Assembly (NCBI GenBank): GCA_965261965.1
Contig: OZ253489.1
Location: forward strand, 2,665,931 to 2,729,930
Direction of reading: 5' to 3'
Length of the DNA stretch: 64,000 bases
DNA from: Dehalococcoidia bacterium
GTDB lineage: Bacteria > Chloroflexota > Dehalococcoidia > Lucifugimonadales > JAGWBF01
Made by a program: the position numbers and the translations under genes. The notes under the pieces were generated by a model. It was not told the DNA's origin. It did not search any database and was given only the letters and a program-made list of their open reading frames with translations. This document shows, piece by piece, positions 39,311 through 50,400 of the stretch. Each line of letters begins with the position of its first letter. Position 1 is the first letter of the stretch.

Positions 39311-40423
39311 TTAGTTCCCTCCGAGGGTGTAGCTGGTACTCCGGCCGCCTTCTGGGCTCCTCACGAGTATTCTGTGCTCCATGAGGTTCGCGATGTCGCG
39401 GAGAGCTGTATCTTGAGAGCACTTCGTCATTTTTGCCCATTTCGTAGTGGTGAGTTTGCCCTCGAACCCGTCCAGTAGATGGTTGATGATGACACGCTGG
39501 CGCTCGTTGATCCGAAGGTTGGCTATCCCTTCCCAAAATCGGGCCTTTGCAAGCGCCCCTGTGAGGATACGGTCGGCACCCCCGATGGCCCGGCCCAGGC
39601 ATGCCACGAACCAACTCATCCACTCAGTGATGTCCGTCGCCCCCTTCTGCGTGCGCTCCAGAATGTCGTAATAAGCAGCCCGCTCCTGCCTTATCTGAGA
39701 CGACATGCTGTAGAACCGTTGGGAGCTCTCTTCTGACCGGGCTAAGGCCATGTCTGAGATGGCCCTGGCGATACGTCCGTTGCCGTCGTCGAACGGGTGC
39801 ACAGTAACGAACCAGAGATGAGCTAGTCCAGCCTTGAGCACCTCATCCGTATCGGCAGGTGAATTGAACCAGTCCAAGAAGGCTTGCATTTCCCCGTTGA
39901 GCTTGGTTGCCGCCGGGGCCTCGAAATGTACATGTTCCCGGCCAATTGAGCCCGATACGACCTGCATGGGGTCGGAGCTATCGTCACGCCAGCCGCCCAC
40001 TGTGATCCGTCTCAGGCCGCTCCGTCCAGTGGAGAACAAAGCAGAGTGCCAACCGAATAGACGGTCCCGGGTAAGGGGCTGAGCGTAACACTCGGTTGCG
40101 TCCAACATCAGATCAACGATGCCATCGACGCCGCTGTTAACGTTGGTCAGTCCGGCGACGTCTATTCTGAGACCCCTCGCGACCGAGGAGCGGACCTGCC
40201 CCGCGTCAAGTAGCTCACCCTCGATCCCGCTGCTCGTAACCACATCCTCGGTGAGCACATTGAGTAGGGCCTCCCGGCGAACATTGAAGCCGAGGGACGA
40301 CATCCGGCCCAAGAGCCGACCTTGTTGGTGTCTGGCGGCAGCGAGTTGGGCGACTATGCTTTCTGGTCGCCAGTGAAGATGGGGCCAGTCGGCCTGCTGA
40401 TGTATATATATTCTCCGCACCAT
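39311..40423 (-). CDS. Fic-family protein (DUF4172 N-terminus, C-terminal HTH)
   Basis: YIHQQADWP, VHPFDDGNGRIARA Fic motif, KWAKMTKCSQDTALRDI, GGRSTSY. Confidence 0.92.
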   Translation of the reverse strand: MVRRIYIHQQADWPHLHWRPESIVAQLAAARHQQGRLLGRMSSLGFNVRREALLNVLTEDVVTSSGIEGELLDAGQVRSSVARGLRIDVAGLTNVNSGVDGIVDLMLDATECYAQPLTRDRLFGWHSALFSTGRSGLRRITVGGWRDDSSDPMQVVSGSIGREHVHFEAPAATKLNGEMQAFLDWFNSPADTDEVLKAGLAHLWFVTVHPFDDGNGRIARAISDMALARSEESSQRFYSMSSQIRQERAAYYDILERTQKGATDITEWMSWFVACLGRAIGGADRILTGALAKARFWEGIANLRINERQRVIINHLLDGFEGKLTTTKWAKMTKCSQDTALRDIANLMEHRILVRSPEGGRSTSYTLGGN

Positions 40424-40430
40424 ATGCGGA
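40414..40430. promoter_or_regulatory. Inverted repeat at the Fic start (possible autoregulatory operator)
   Basis: TCCGCA-CCATA-TGCGGA spanning the annotated start. Confidence 0.4.
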
Positions 40431-40665
40431 TATTATAAACTGTAATCACCGCAAGGCGCAAGACTCATACCGCAGCTTTTACGGGGAACAGCATCAACAC
40501 TTGCAGCAACTATCCCTTCCAAGGGGATTGGCGCTGCCTCGCATATGAACTCTTCTCCTAGGCAGAGTAAACACCTCAGATCAATGGTTATGAATGCGGT
40601 ACGTTTAGTTCGAAAATGGCGGGCAGGAGGGACGGGATCGGGGACTTGGAGATGAGTTGGTCGAG

Positions 40666-41115
40666 TCAGCTGTCCGTGCTTGTCATCAGCGCTGTGAAAT
40701 GACGCTGCATCTCCTCCGGCGTAACCTCCTCGAGAAAATGGCCGACGTTCCAGCGATGACCGGAAGGGTCACGCAACCAGCCCGACCGCTCGCCGCAGAA
40801 CTGGTCCTCCGGTTCGTTCTCGATCTCGGCGCCCGCCTCGGCCGCGCGACGAATCACCGCGTCGGCATCGTAGACTTGCAGGTGCATCGTGACCGAGGCG
40901 CCGCCCAACCTCACCGGTCCCAAGATGCCGAATTCAGGGAATTCTTCAGCCAGCATGAGCGTCGTACCGCCAAAATCGGGCACGGCGTGCCCAATGCGCC
41001 CGCTGGGGTCTGTCAGGCGCAACGTCCCAGTCGCCCCAAAAACCGACGTATAGAACTCGATCGCCTTGGCGGCGTCATTGACTTGCAGACATGCGAGAAG
41101 GTGATGGATCTTCAT
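40666..41115 (-). CDS. VOC/glyoxalase (PhnB-like) protein
   Basis: DAAKAIEFYTSVFGA, GRIGHA, LMLAEEFPE, PEDQFCGERSGWLRDPSGHRW. Confidence 0.88.
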   Translation of the reverse strand: MKIHHLLACLQVNDAAKAIEFYTSVFGATGTLRLTDPSGRIGHAVPDFGGTTLMLAEEFPEFGILGPVRLGGASVTMHLQVYDADAVIRRAAEAGAEIENEPEDQFCGERSGWLRDPSGHRWNVGHFLEEVTPEEMQRHFTALMTSTDS

Positions 41116-41627
41116 TGCGACAGCATACTTCTTTCTATGTAATTTATCTTGGAAATTTATCTTGCGGATGCCGCAACGACATCCGATGCCCGCATTCTTG
41201 GTGGGCGTCGGATCCGTCTAGTGAAGGTGGAGAGGTGCGTCAGTCGGAAGGCCACTGGAAGCAGGGCCGTTCCCAGCGCCTGTGCAATGCCGCGGCCAAG
41301 TGGAAATTATATGAAGTGAAATGAGTCATGGGAGAGGAACAGTCATTGGTGGGCCGGAGTGTACCGTACTGCGAACTTTCCGGTGGGAGGTTTCGCTATA
41401 GGCATCGCATTGCATATTGTGCAACGGTGGGAGGCGGTCTCAGGTAATGAGCCCCATTCTGGCGGGAAAGCTTGGTTGAAGTCGTCTCTTCCAGCATACC
41501 ACTGACCGTCTGCCTTGAGTCCACAGACTTGTCCATATCCGCTGCTCAAGGATGCGACGTAAGAGACCAGTTCAATCGCTGGTTCCGCCCCATGACGAAC
41601 CCAGGCAGAATCTCATGCCGTTAAGCG

Positions 41628-42900
41628 CTAGCGCCGCCGCCAGATGCCTATGGCGACGCCTAGGGCCACGAGGTTGAGCAGCACGCCTATGAGCGTCAAG
41701 ACCCATACGCTGATATTGCTGCCCCCCTCGGACACCGTCAGCGTGGTCTCGGACACCGTCGCCCCGGCGGTGTCGTCGTCGGCCACCGTGACCGCCACCC
41801 CGGCGATGGTCGCGCCGTCGTACTCGTCGGCGCTCCGGGAGGCGTCGACGGCGTGGGCGATGGCGGCTGCGTCGTTCGCGGCGTCGGCGTCCTGGGCGGC
41901 GGACACCCTTACCGTCTGCGCCGTGTCCCAGTTGGACGAGGTGAAGGTCAGGGTCGCCGGCGACACCGTCACGTCGGGGCTGCCGCTCTTGGTTACACCG
42001 ATCACCACGTCGGAGGCGGGCTGGGCGTCCAGGACCACCGTGTAGGTGGCGCTGCCGCCCTCGGACACCGTCAGCGTGGACGCGGACACGCTCACCGCGG
42101 CGTCATCGTCGTCCACGGTCAAGCTCACGCTCGCGATGGTCGCGCCGTCGTACTCGTCGGCGCTCCGGGAGGCGTCGACGGCGTGGGCGATGGCGGTTGC
42201 GTCGTTCGCGGCGTCGGCGTCCTGGGCGGCGGTCACCGTCACCGTCTGCGCCGTGTCCCAGTTGGACGAGGTGAAGGTCAGGGTCGCCGGCGACACCGTC
42301 ATGTCCGAATTGTCGCTCACCGCTACGCTGATCACCACGTTGCCTGATGGCAGCGCGTTCAGGACCACCGTGTAGGCGTCGTCGTCGCCCTCGGCCACTT
42401 CCACTTCGGTGAGGGACACGCTCACCCCCGGCCTCTCGTTCACGGTGATATAGAAGCGCAGGTGAACGCGGTCACCGTCGGAATCGGCCGTCGTATAGGT
42501 GAACCGCGTCCTGGGGAACGTCGCCCTGGGCGTGCCGGTGATCGTGCGGTCCGAGTTGAAGCGCAGCCCCGCGGGCAGGTCTGGCGACAAGCTGTATCGC
42601 AGCCTGTCGTCGCCCCCCAAGAGCGGAGGGCAGGCTCACCGTCCCTATGTCTTCGCCTACTGCGTAGATCTGGTCGTCCACCGTCCGCGAGGCGAACGTC
42701 GGACTCCGGTCGGGCTGGTTCTGGGCTACGTCGTTGTCGGTGACGGTCACCCTCACGCCGGAGACTCTAACCGAGTCATACTCGTCGGCGCTGCTGGTGG
42801 CCGCGACCATGTGGGTGATGGAGGCCGCGTCGTCCACCGCGTCGGCGTCCTGGGCCGCCCGCACCGTCACCCTCTGCGCCGCGTTCCAGTTCCGCCGCGT
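41628..42900 (-). pseudogene. 5'-truncated, frameshifted paralogue of the giant surface protein (repeats + He_PIG-like Ig domain + TM anchor)
   Basis: Same NWDTAQTVTV.AAQDADA repeat; LRYSLSPDLPAGLRFNSDRTITGTP Ig-like domain; ends in a TM helix plus WRRR; frameshift near 42620; no start. Confidence 0.8.
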
Positions 42901-43056
42901 CGATGAACGGCATCCGGCTGAGGGAGTCGAGTAACTGACGGTTGGAGATTGCCATACATCGATCATAGCAAAGGACGGGCGTGGTTGGCAGCCATCAAAT
43001 GACAGTGACAGTGGTCCAGAATTGGGCCGCATGCACCCCTATCAGCCCAATCCCTA

Positions 43057-43826
43057 TTGGACCTGCTGGACGCCCTGGTCAATGACCGGGGCCGGGTGGC
43101 GGTAGTCGAGGCTCTGGGGGTGAACTACCGCACCATGATGACCTGCTATGATTCCCGGCACGTGTCCCGGCGGATGCGGCAGGCGGTGGCGGACTTTCGG
43201 GCCGCGGGCGTTGGTGACGACGGCGGGGCGGAGGTTGGCGGCGGAGATGGTGCTCTGAAGGATGAGGCCGGACTCCTGGAGCAACGGGTGGCGGCGCTGG
43301 AGGAGGAGATTCTCGGGTTGCGAGAGATTGTCGAAGTCCAGGCGTGTTAACTGGAAGAGTTGGAGCGCCGGGTGGCCCGTTTGGAGCAGTCGCAGCAGCA
43401 ACGGGGCGAGTCTGAAACGGTGGTGGGGCCGCAAGAACCGTCCGCGTGGCCTCCGCCCCAGCGGGGCCACGGGCTGCCCGACGCCTGGGTGGTTACGTTG
43501 GAAGAGCAGCCCAACGGGGAACACGCCTGCGGCCCGGCGGCGGTGCTGGCGGCCGAGTGGCGCAGCCTGCGGGCCGGCGGAGATGCGGCGGGTAGCCGGG
43601 TTGACCGGGCCAGGGTTGGGGTACGCCGGTGGGAACTGAAGCAGAGATGCTTCGGGACTTTCGCCTGACGCTGCCGCCGGAGAGGGAACCGTTGGATGGA
43701 TGGAGAAGGCAAGATCATGTCCGGCGGCGGCTGGATGCCCTGGCTGAGGCACGGCGGGAGCTGAACAGGGCCAATCAGGTCCGATTGCTGCGGCGTGTGG
43801 TCACTCGGGGTATCTGGTGGAAGTAG
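43057..43826 (+). pseudogene. Degraded hypothetical gene (HTH-like N-terminus, coiled coil)
   Basis: Three consecutive ORF pieces (43057-43350, 43360-43668, 43629-43826) joined by an in-frame TAA and a frameshift. Confidence 0.45.
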
Positions 43827-44460
43827 CCGTTGCCGCGTTCCAGGCGTATGAACGCAAGGGTTTGGGACGGGATGTTCCTTGGCGTGGTGGTGGGTCAAGG
43901 AAGGCTTCGGGGCTGCTTGGGATGAACCGATGCTGGCCCTGACGAAGCAGGTCATCAGCGGCGCCAGGAGGACGCCGATCCGGTGGCGGCATGTCTTTGC
44001 CCCGGCCCGCGGTGCCGAGGGCAACGTTGAGAAGCCGCTGGAATACGACGGAGTAGCGGAGTGTGAAAACCGGGGCTGAGCTGGTACTTGCTGAGTTCCA
44101 TCGGGTGGGTGCAATGACAACCTGGGATCCCGTTCGGGTGATTGTCATCGCCAGTCAAGAAGCGTACGGGGCTAAGCAGGGTTCTTCAGTGAGGAACACC
44201 GTATTGCAGCAGTTCCCCATGTGCACGAATCCGGTCCGGGGTAAAGCAACGTCCGTCATAATCTCCTCATTTAGCCGCTGGCGCCCTTTTTCTGAATCCC
44301 CCACCACGACGAGGAGGCAGGGAGGGCGTCTGGCACAGAACGGACGGCACCGGGCGGTTGGCGAGCAGGGCGGGACCATTGTGCGTAGCGGCCACCACGG
44401 CAATCAGGAGACTGGCATCATCTTGGGATTTGTTTATGCGGCTCTCGCGGTATCCCCATC

Positions 44461-47400
44461 CTAGCGCCAGCGCCGCAGCCTCCGCAGCCGGCGGGCCATC
44501 AGGATTATGATGATAATGGCTATGAGGAGCCAGAACGGCCAGCCCAGACGCACCCCTTCATCAGGGCTTTGAGGCGCTAAATCTGATGGGGCCGCGGCGG
44601 ACGGCACATCCGCAGTAGCCGTAGGACTGGGTTTGGGAGGAGCGGTGGCTGCCAGCACAGGTACGGCCGTCAGTGTCGGCGTGGGAGTTTCGTTGCCGCC
44701 TTGGTCCGGTGGTTGCGTTGGCGCCGGCTTAGCTATCGGCACAATGGCACTATGGCGTGGCGTGGCGATGGCTGGCGCTGACCAGTCGCTGGGGCCGACG
44801 ACATTGACCGCCCTCACCCAGAAGTGGCACTCAACGCCGTTGGTCAGGCCGCCGATGCTCAGAGTGGTCGCGGCGTCAGCAGTGCCCGAGATCATCGCCG
44901 CCGCCCTGAAGTTGCTGTCGGTTGAGTATTCAACGGTGTAGTGCGTAATGCGGGAGTTGCCGTGGTTCGCGGGAGCAGTCCAGCTCAATTCCACCTGGCC
45001 GTCGCCCGGAGCCGCCGTAAGTTCCGTGGGCGCTCCGGGTATCGCGTCGTTGTCGGTTACCGTTATTGATGCCGAGCTGCCGGGCGCCCTCACCCGGTAA
45101 TTGTTCCGCGCCTGAAGTGTGGCGGTAATGTCTTCGTTCGGCTCGTCCACGGTATCGTCTATGGTAGCCATGCTGAGCCTTGCGGTGTCCGCGCCGGCGG
45201 CGAGTCGCACCGTTTTATTGCCGGACACGGTGGTGAAGTTCGCGCCGCCGGAGACACGGACCGTCACGGCGAGGGCAGCGCTTGGCGCAGGACTGGCGGT
45301 GATAATGAAGTTGGCGTCGCTCCCCTCAGTGATCGGGGAGGTATCCGCCGCGATGGATATGGCTGGCGTCCAGTTGTCGCCACCGCCGGGCGGTCGGCTG
45401 TCGTCGTCGGCGACGGTCACCGCCACCCCGGCGACGCTCACGGCGTCGTACTCGTCGGCGCTCCGGGAGGCGTCGACGGCGTGGGTGATGGAGGCCGCGT
45501 CGTTCACCGCGTCGGCGTCCTGGGCGGCCCGCACCGTCACCGTCTGCGCCGTGTCCCAGTTGGACGAGGTGAAGGTCAGGGTGGCCGGCGACACCGTCAC
45601 GTCGCTGCTGCCGCTCCTGGTTACGCCGATCACCACGTTGGAGGCGGGCTGGGCGTCCAGGACCACCGTGTAGGTGGAACTGTTGCCCTCAGCAACCGTC
45701 AGCGTGGTTTCGGACACGCTCACCCCGGCGTCGTCGTCGGCCACCGTGACCGCCACCCCGGCGACGCTCACGGCGTCGTACTCGTCGGCGCTCCGGGAGG
45801 CGTCGACGGCGTGGGTGATGGACGCCGCGTCGTTCACCGCATCGGCGTCCTGGGCGGCCCGCACCGTCACCGTCTGCGCCGTGTCCCAGTTGGACGGGCT
45901 GAAGGTCAGGGTGGCCGGCGACACCGTCACGTCGCTGCTGCCGCTGATGGTTACGCCGATCACCACGTTGGAGGCGGGCTGGGCGTCCAGGACCACCGTG
46001 TAGGTGGAACTGTTGCCCTCAGCAACCGTCAGCGTGGTTTCGGACACGCTCACCCCGGCGTCGTCGTCGGCCACCGTGACCGCCACCCCGGCGACGCTCA
46101 CGGCGTCGTACTCGTCGGCGCTCCGGGAGGCGTCGACGGCGTGGGTGATGGAGGCCGCGTCGTTCACCGCGTCGGCGTCCTGGGCGGCCCGCACCGTCAC
46201 CGTCTGCGCCGTGTCCCAGTTGGACGGGCTGAAGGTCAGGGTGGCCGGCGACACCGTCACGTCGCTGCTGCCGCTCCTGGTTACGCCGATCACCACGTTG
46301 GAGGCGGGCTGGGCGTCCAGGACCACCGTGTAGGTGGAACTGTTGCCCTCAGCAACCGTCAGCGTGGTTTCGGACACGCTCACCCCGGCGTCGTCGTCGG
46401 CCACCGTGACCGCCACCCCGGCGACGCTCACGGCGTCGTACTCGTCGGCGCTCCGGGAGGCGTCGACGGCGTGGGTGATGGAGGCCGCGTCGTTCACCGC
46501 GTCGGCGTCCTGGGCGGCCCGCACCGTCACCGTCTGCGCCGTGTCCCAGTTGGACGGGCTGAAGGTCAGCGTGGCCCGGTCCACCGTCACGTCGCTGCTG
46601 CCGCTCCTGGTTACGCCGATCACCACGTTGGAGGCGGGCTGGGCGTCCAGGACCACCGTGTAGGTGGAACTGTTGCCCTCAGCAACCGTCAGCGTGGTTT
46701 CGGACACGCTCACCCCGGCGTCGTCGTCGGCCACCGTGACCGCCACCCCGGCGACGCTCACGGCGTCGTACTCGTCGGCGCTGCTGGCGGCCACCACCGC
46801 GTGGGTGATGGAGGCCGCGTCGTTCACCGCGTCGGCGTCCTGGGCGGCCCGCACCGTCACCGTCTGCGCCGTGTCCCAGTTGGACGGGCTGAAGGTCAGG
46901 GTGGCCGGCGACACCGTCACGTCGCTGCTGCCGCTCCTGGTTACGCCGATCACCACGTTGGAGGCGGGCTGGGCGTCCAGGACCACCGTGTAGGTGGAAC
47001 TGTTGCCCTCAGCAACCGTCAGCGTGGTTTCGGACACGCTCACCCCGGCGTCGTCGTCGGCCACCGTGACCGCCACCCCGGCGACGCTCACGGCGTCGTA
47101 CTCGTCGGCGCTGCTGGCGGCCACCACCGCGTGGGTGATGGAGGCCGCGTCGTTCACCGCGTCGGCGTCCTGGGCGGCCCGCACCGTCACCGTCTGCGCC
47201 GTGTCCCAGTTGGACGGGCTGAAGGTCAGGGTGGCCGGCGACACCGTCACGTCGCTGCTGCCGCTCCTGGTTACGCCGATCACCACGTTGGAGGCGGGCT
47301 GGGCGTCCAGGACCACCGTGTAGGTGGAACTGTTGCCCTCAGCAACCGTCAGCGTGGTTTCGGACACGCTCACCCCGGCGGTATCGTCGTCGGCCACCGT

Positions 47401-50400
47401 GACCGCCACCCCGGCGACGCTCACGTTGTCGAACTCGTCGGCGCTGCTGGCGGCCACCACCGCGTGGGTGGTGGAGGCCGCGTCGTTCACCGCGTCGGCG
47501 TCCTGGGCGGCCCGCACCGTCACCGTCTGGGCCGTGTCCCAGTTGGACGGGCTGAAGGTCAGGGTGGCCGGCGACACCGTCACGTCGCTGCTGCCGCTCC
47601 TGGTTACGCCGATCACCACGTTGGAGGCGGGCTGGGCGTCCAGGACCACCGTGTAGGTGGAACTGTTGCCCTCAGCAACCGTCAGCGTGGTTTCGGACAC
47701 GCTCACCCCGGCGTCGTCGTCGGCCACCGTGACCGCCACCCCGGCGACGCTCACGGCGTCGTACTCGTCGGCGCTGCTGGCGGCCACCACCGCGTGGGTG
47801 GTGGAGGCCGCGTCGTTCACCGCGTCGGCGTCCTGGGCGGCCCGCACCGTCACCGTCTGCGCCGTGTCCCAGTTGGACGGGCTGAAGGTCAGGGTGGCCG
47901 GCGACACCGTCACGTCGCTGCTGCCGCTCCTGGTTACGCCGATCACCACGTTGGAGGCGGGCTGGGCGTCCAGGACCACCGTGTAGGTGGAACTGTTGCC
48001 CTCAGCAACCGTCAGCGTGGTTTCGGACACGCTCACCCCGGCGTCGTCGTCGGCCACCGTGACCGCCACCCCGGCGACGCTCACGTTGTCGTACTCGTCG
48101 GCGCTGCTGGCGGCCACCACCGCGTGGGTGGTGGAGGCCGCGTCGTTCACCGCGTCGGCGTCCTGGGCGGCCCGCACCGTCACCGTCTGCGCCGTGTCCC
48201 AGTTGGACGGGCTGAAGGTCAGGGTGGCCGGCGACACCGTCACGTCGCTGCTGCCGCTCCTGGTTACGCCGATCACCACGTTGGAGGCGGGCTGGGCGTC
48301 CAGGACCACCGTGTAGGTGGAACTGTTGCCCTCAGCAACCGTCAGCGTGGTTTCGGACACGCTCACCCCGGCGTCGTCGTCGGCCACCGTGACCGCCACC
48401 CCGGCGACGCTCACGTTGTCGAACTCGTCGGCGCTGCTGGCGGCCACCACCGCGTGGGTGGTGGAGGCCGCGTCGTTCACCGCGTCGGCGTCCTGGGCGG
48501 CCCGCACCGTCACCGTCTGGGCCGTGTCCCAGTTGGACGAGGTGAAGGTCAGAGTGGTCTGGTTGCCGGACGTCGCGGCGTCGGTGTCCGCCGTCACGTC
48601 CGAATTGTCGCTGCTCACCGTGATCACCACGTTGGAGGCGGGCTGGGCGTCCAGGACCACCGTGTAGGTGGAACTGTTGCCCTCAGCAACCGTCAGCGTG
48701 GTTTCGGACACGCTCACCCCGGCGTCGTCGTCGGCCACCGTGACCGCCACCCCGGCGACGCTCACGTTGTCGAACTCGTCGGCGCTGCTGGCGGCCACCA
48801 CCGCGTGGGTGGTGGAGGCCGCGTCGTTCACCGCGTCGGCGTCCTGGGCGGCCCGCACCGTCACCGTCTGGGCCGTGTCCCAGTTGGACGGGCTGAAGGT
48901 CAGGGTGGCCGGCGACACCGTCACGTCGCTGCTGCCGCTCCTGGTTACGCCGATCACCACGTTGGAGGCGGGCTGGGCGTCCAGGACCACCGTGTAGGTG
49001 GAACTGTTGCCCTCAGCAACCGTCAGCGTGGTTTCGGACACGCTCACCCCGGCGGTATCGTCGTCGGCCACCGTGACCGCCACCCCGGCGACGCTCACGT
49101 TGTCGAACTCGTCGGCGCTGCTGGCGGCCACCACCGCGTGGGTGGTGGAGGCCGCGTCGTTCACCGCGTCGGCGTCCTGGGCGGCCCGCACCGTCACCGT
49201 CTGGGCCGTGTCCCAGTTGGACGGGCTGAAGGTCAGGGTGGCCGGCGACACCGTCACGTCGCTGCTGCCGCTCCTGGTTACGCCGATCACCACGTTGGAG
49301 GCGGGCTGGGCGTCCAGGACCACCGTGTAGGTGGAACTGTTGCCCTCAGCAACCGTCAGCGTGGTTTCGGACACGCTCACCCCGGCGTCGTCGTCGGCCA
49401 CCGTGACCGCCACCCCGGCGACGCTCACGTTGTCGAACTCGTCGGCGCTGCTGGCGGCCACCACCGCGTGGGTGATGGAGGCCGCGTCGTTCACCGCGTC
49501 GGCGTCCTGGGCGGCCCGCACCGTCACCGTCTGCGCCGTGTCCCAGTTGGACGGGCTGAAGGTCAGGGTGGCCGGCGACACCGTCACGTCGCTGCTGCCG
49601 CTCCTGGTTACGCCGATCACCACGTTGGAGGCGGGCTGGGCGTCCAGGACCACCGTGTAGGTGGAACTGTTGCCCTCAGCAACCGTCAGCGTGGTTTCGG
49701 ACACGCTCACCCCGGCGTCGTCGTCGGCCACCGTGACCGCCACCCCGGCGACGCTCACGGCGTCGTACTCGTCGGCGCTGCTGGCGGCCACCACCGCGTG
49801 GGTGGTGGAGGCCGCGTCGTTCACCGCGTCGGCGTCCTGGGCGGCCCGCACCGTCACCGTCTGCGCCGTGTCCCAGTTGGACGGGCTGAAGGTCAGGGTG
49901 GCCGGCGACACCGTCACGTCGCTGCTGCCGCTCCTGGTTACGCCGATCACCACGTTGGAGGCGGGCTGGGCGTCCAGGACCACCGTGTAGGTGGAACTGT
50001 TGCCCTCAGCAACCGTCAGCGTGGTTTCGGACACGCTCACCCCGGCGTCGTCGTCGGCCACCGTGACCGCCACCCCGGCGACGCTCACGGCGTCGTACTC
50101 GTCGGCGCTCCGGGAGGCGTCGACGGCGTGGGTGATGGAGGCCGCGTCGTTCACCGCGTCGGCGTCCTGGGCGGCCCGCACCGTCACCGTCTGCGCCGTG
50201 TCCCAGTTGGACGGGCTGAAGGTCAGCGTGGCCCGGTCCACCGTCACGTCGGGGCTGCCGCTCCTGGTTACGCCGATCACCACGTTGGAGGCGGGCTGGG
50301 CGTCCAGGACCACCGTGTAGGTGGAACTGTTGCCCTCAGCAACCGTCAGCGTGGTTTCGGACACGCTCACCCCGGCGGTATCGTCGTCGGCCACCGTGAC

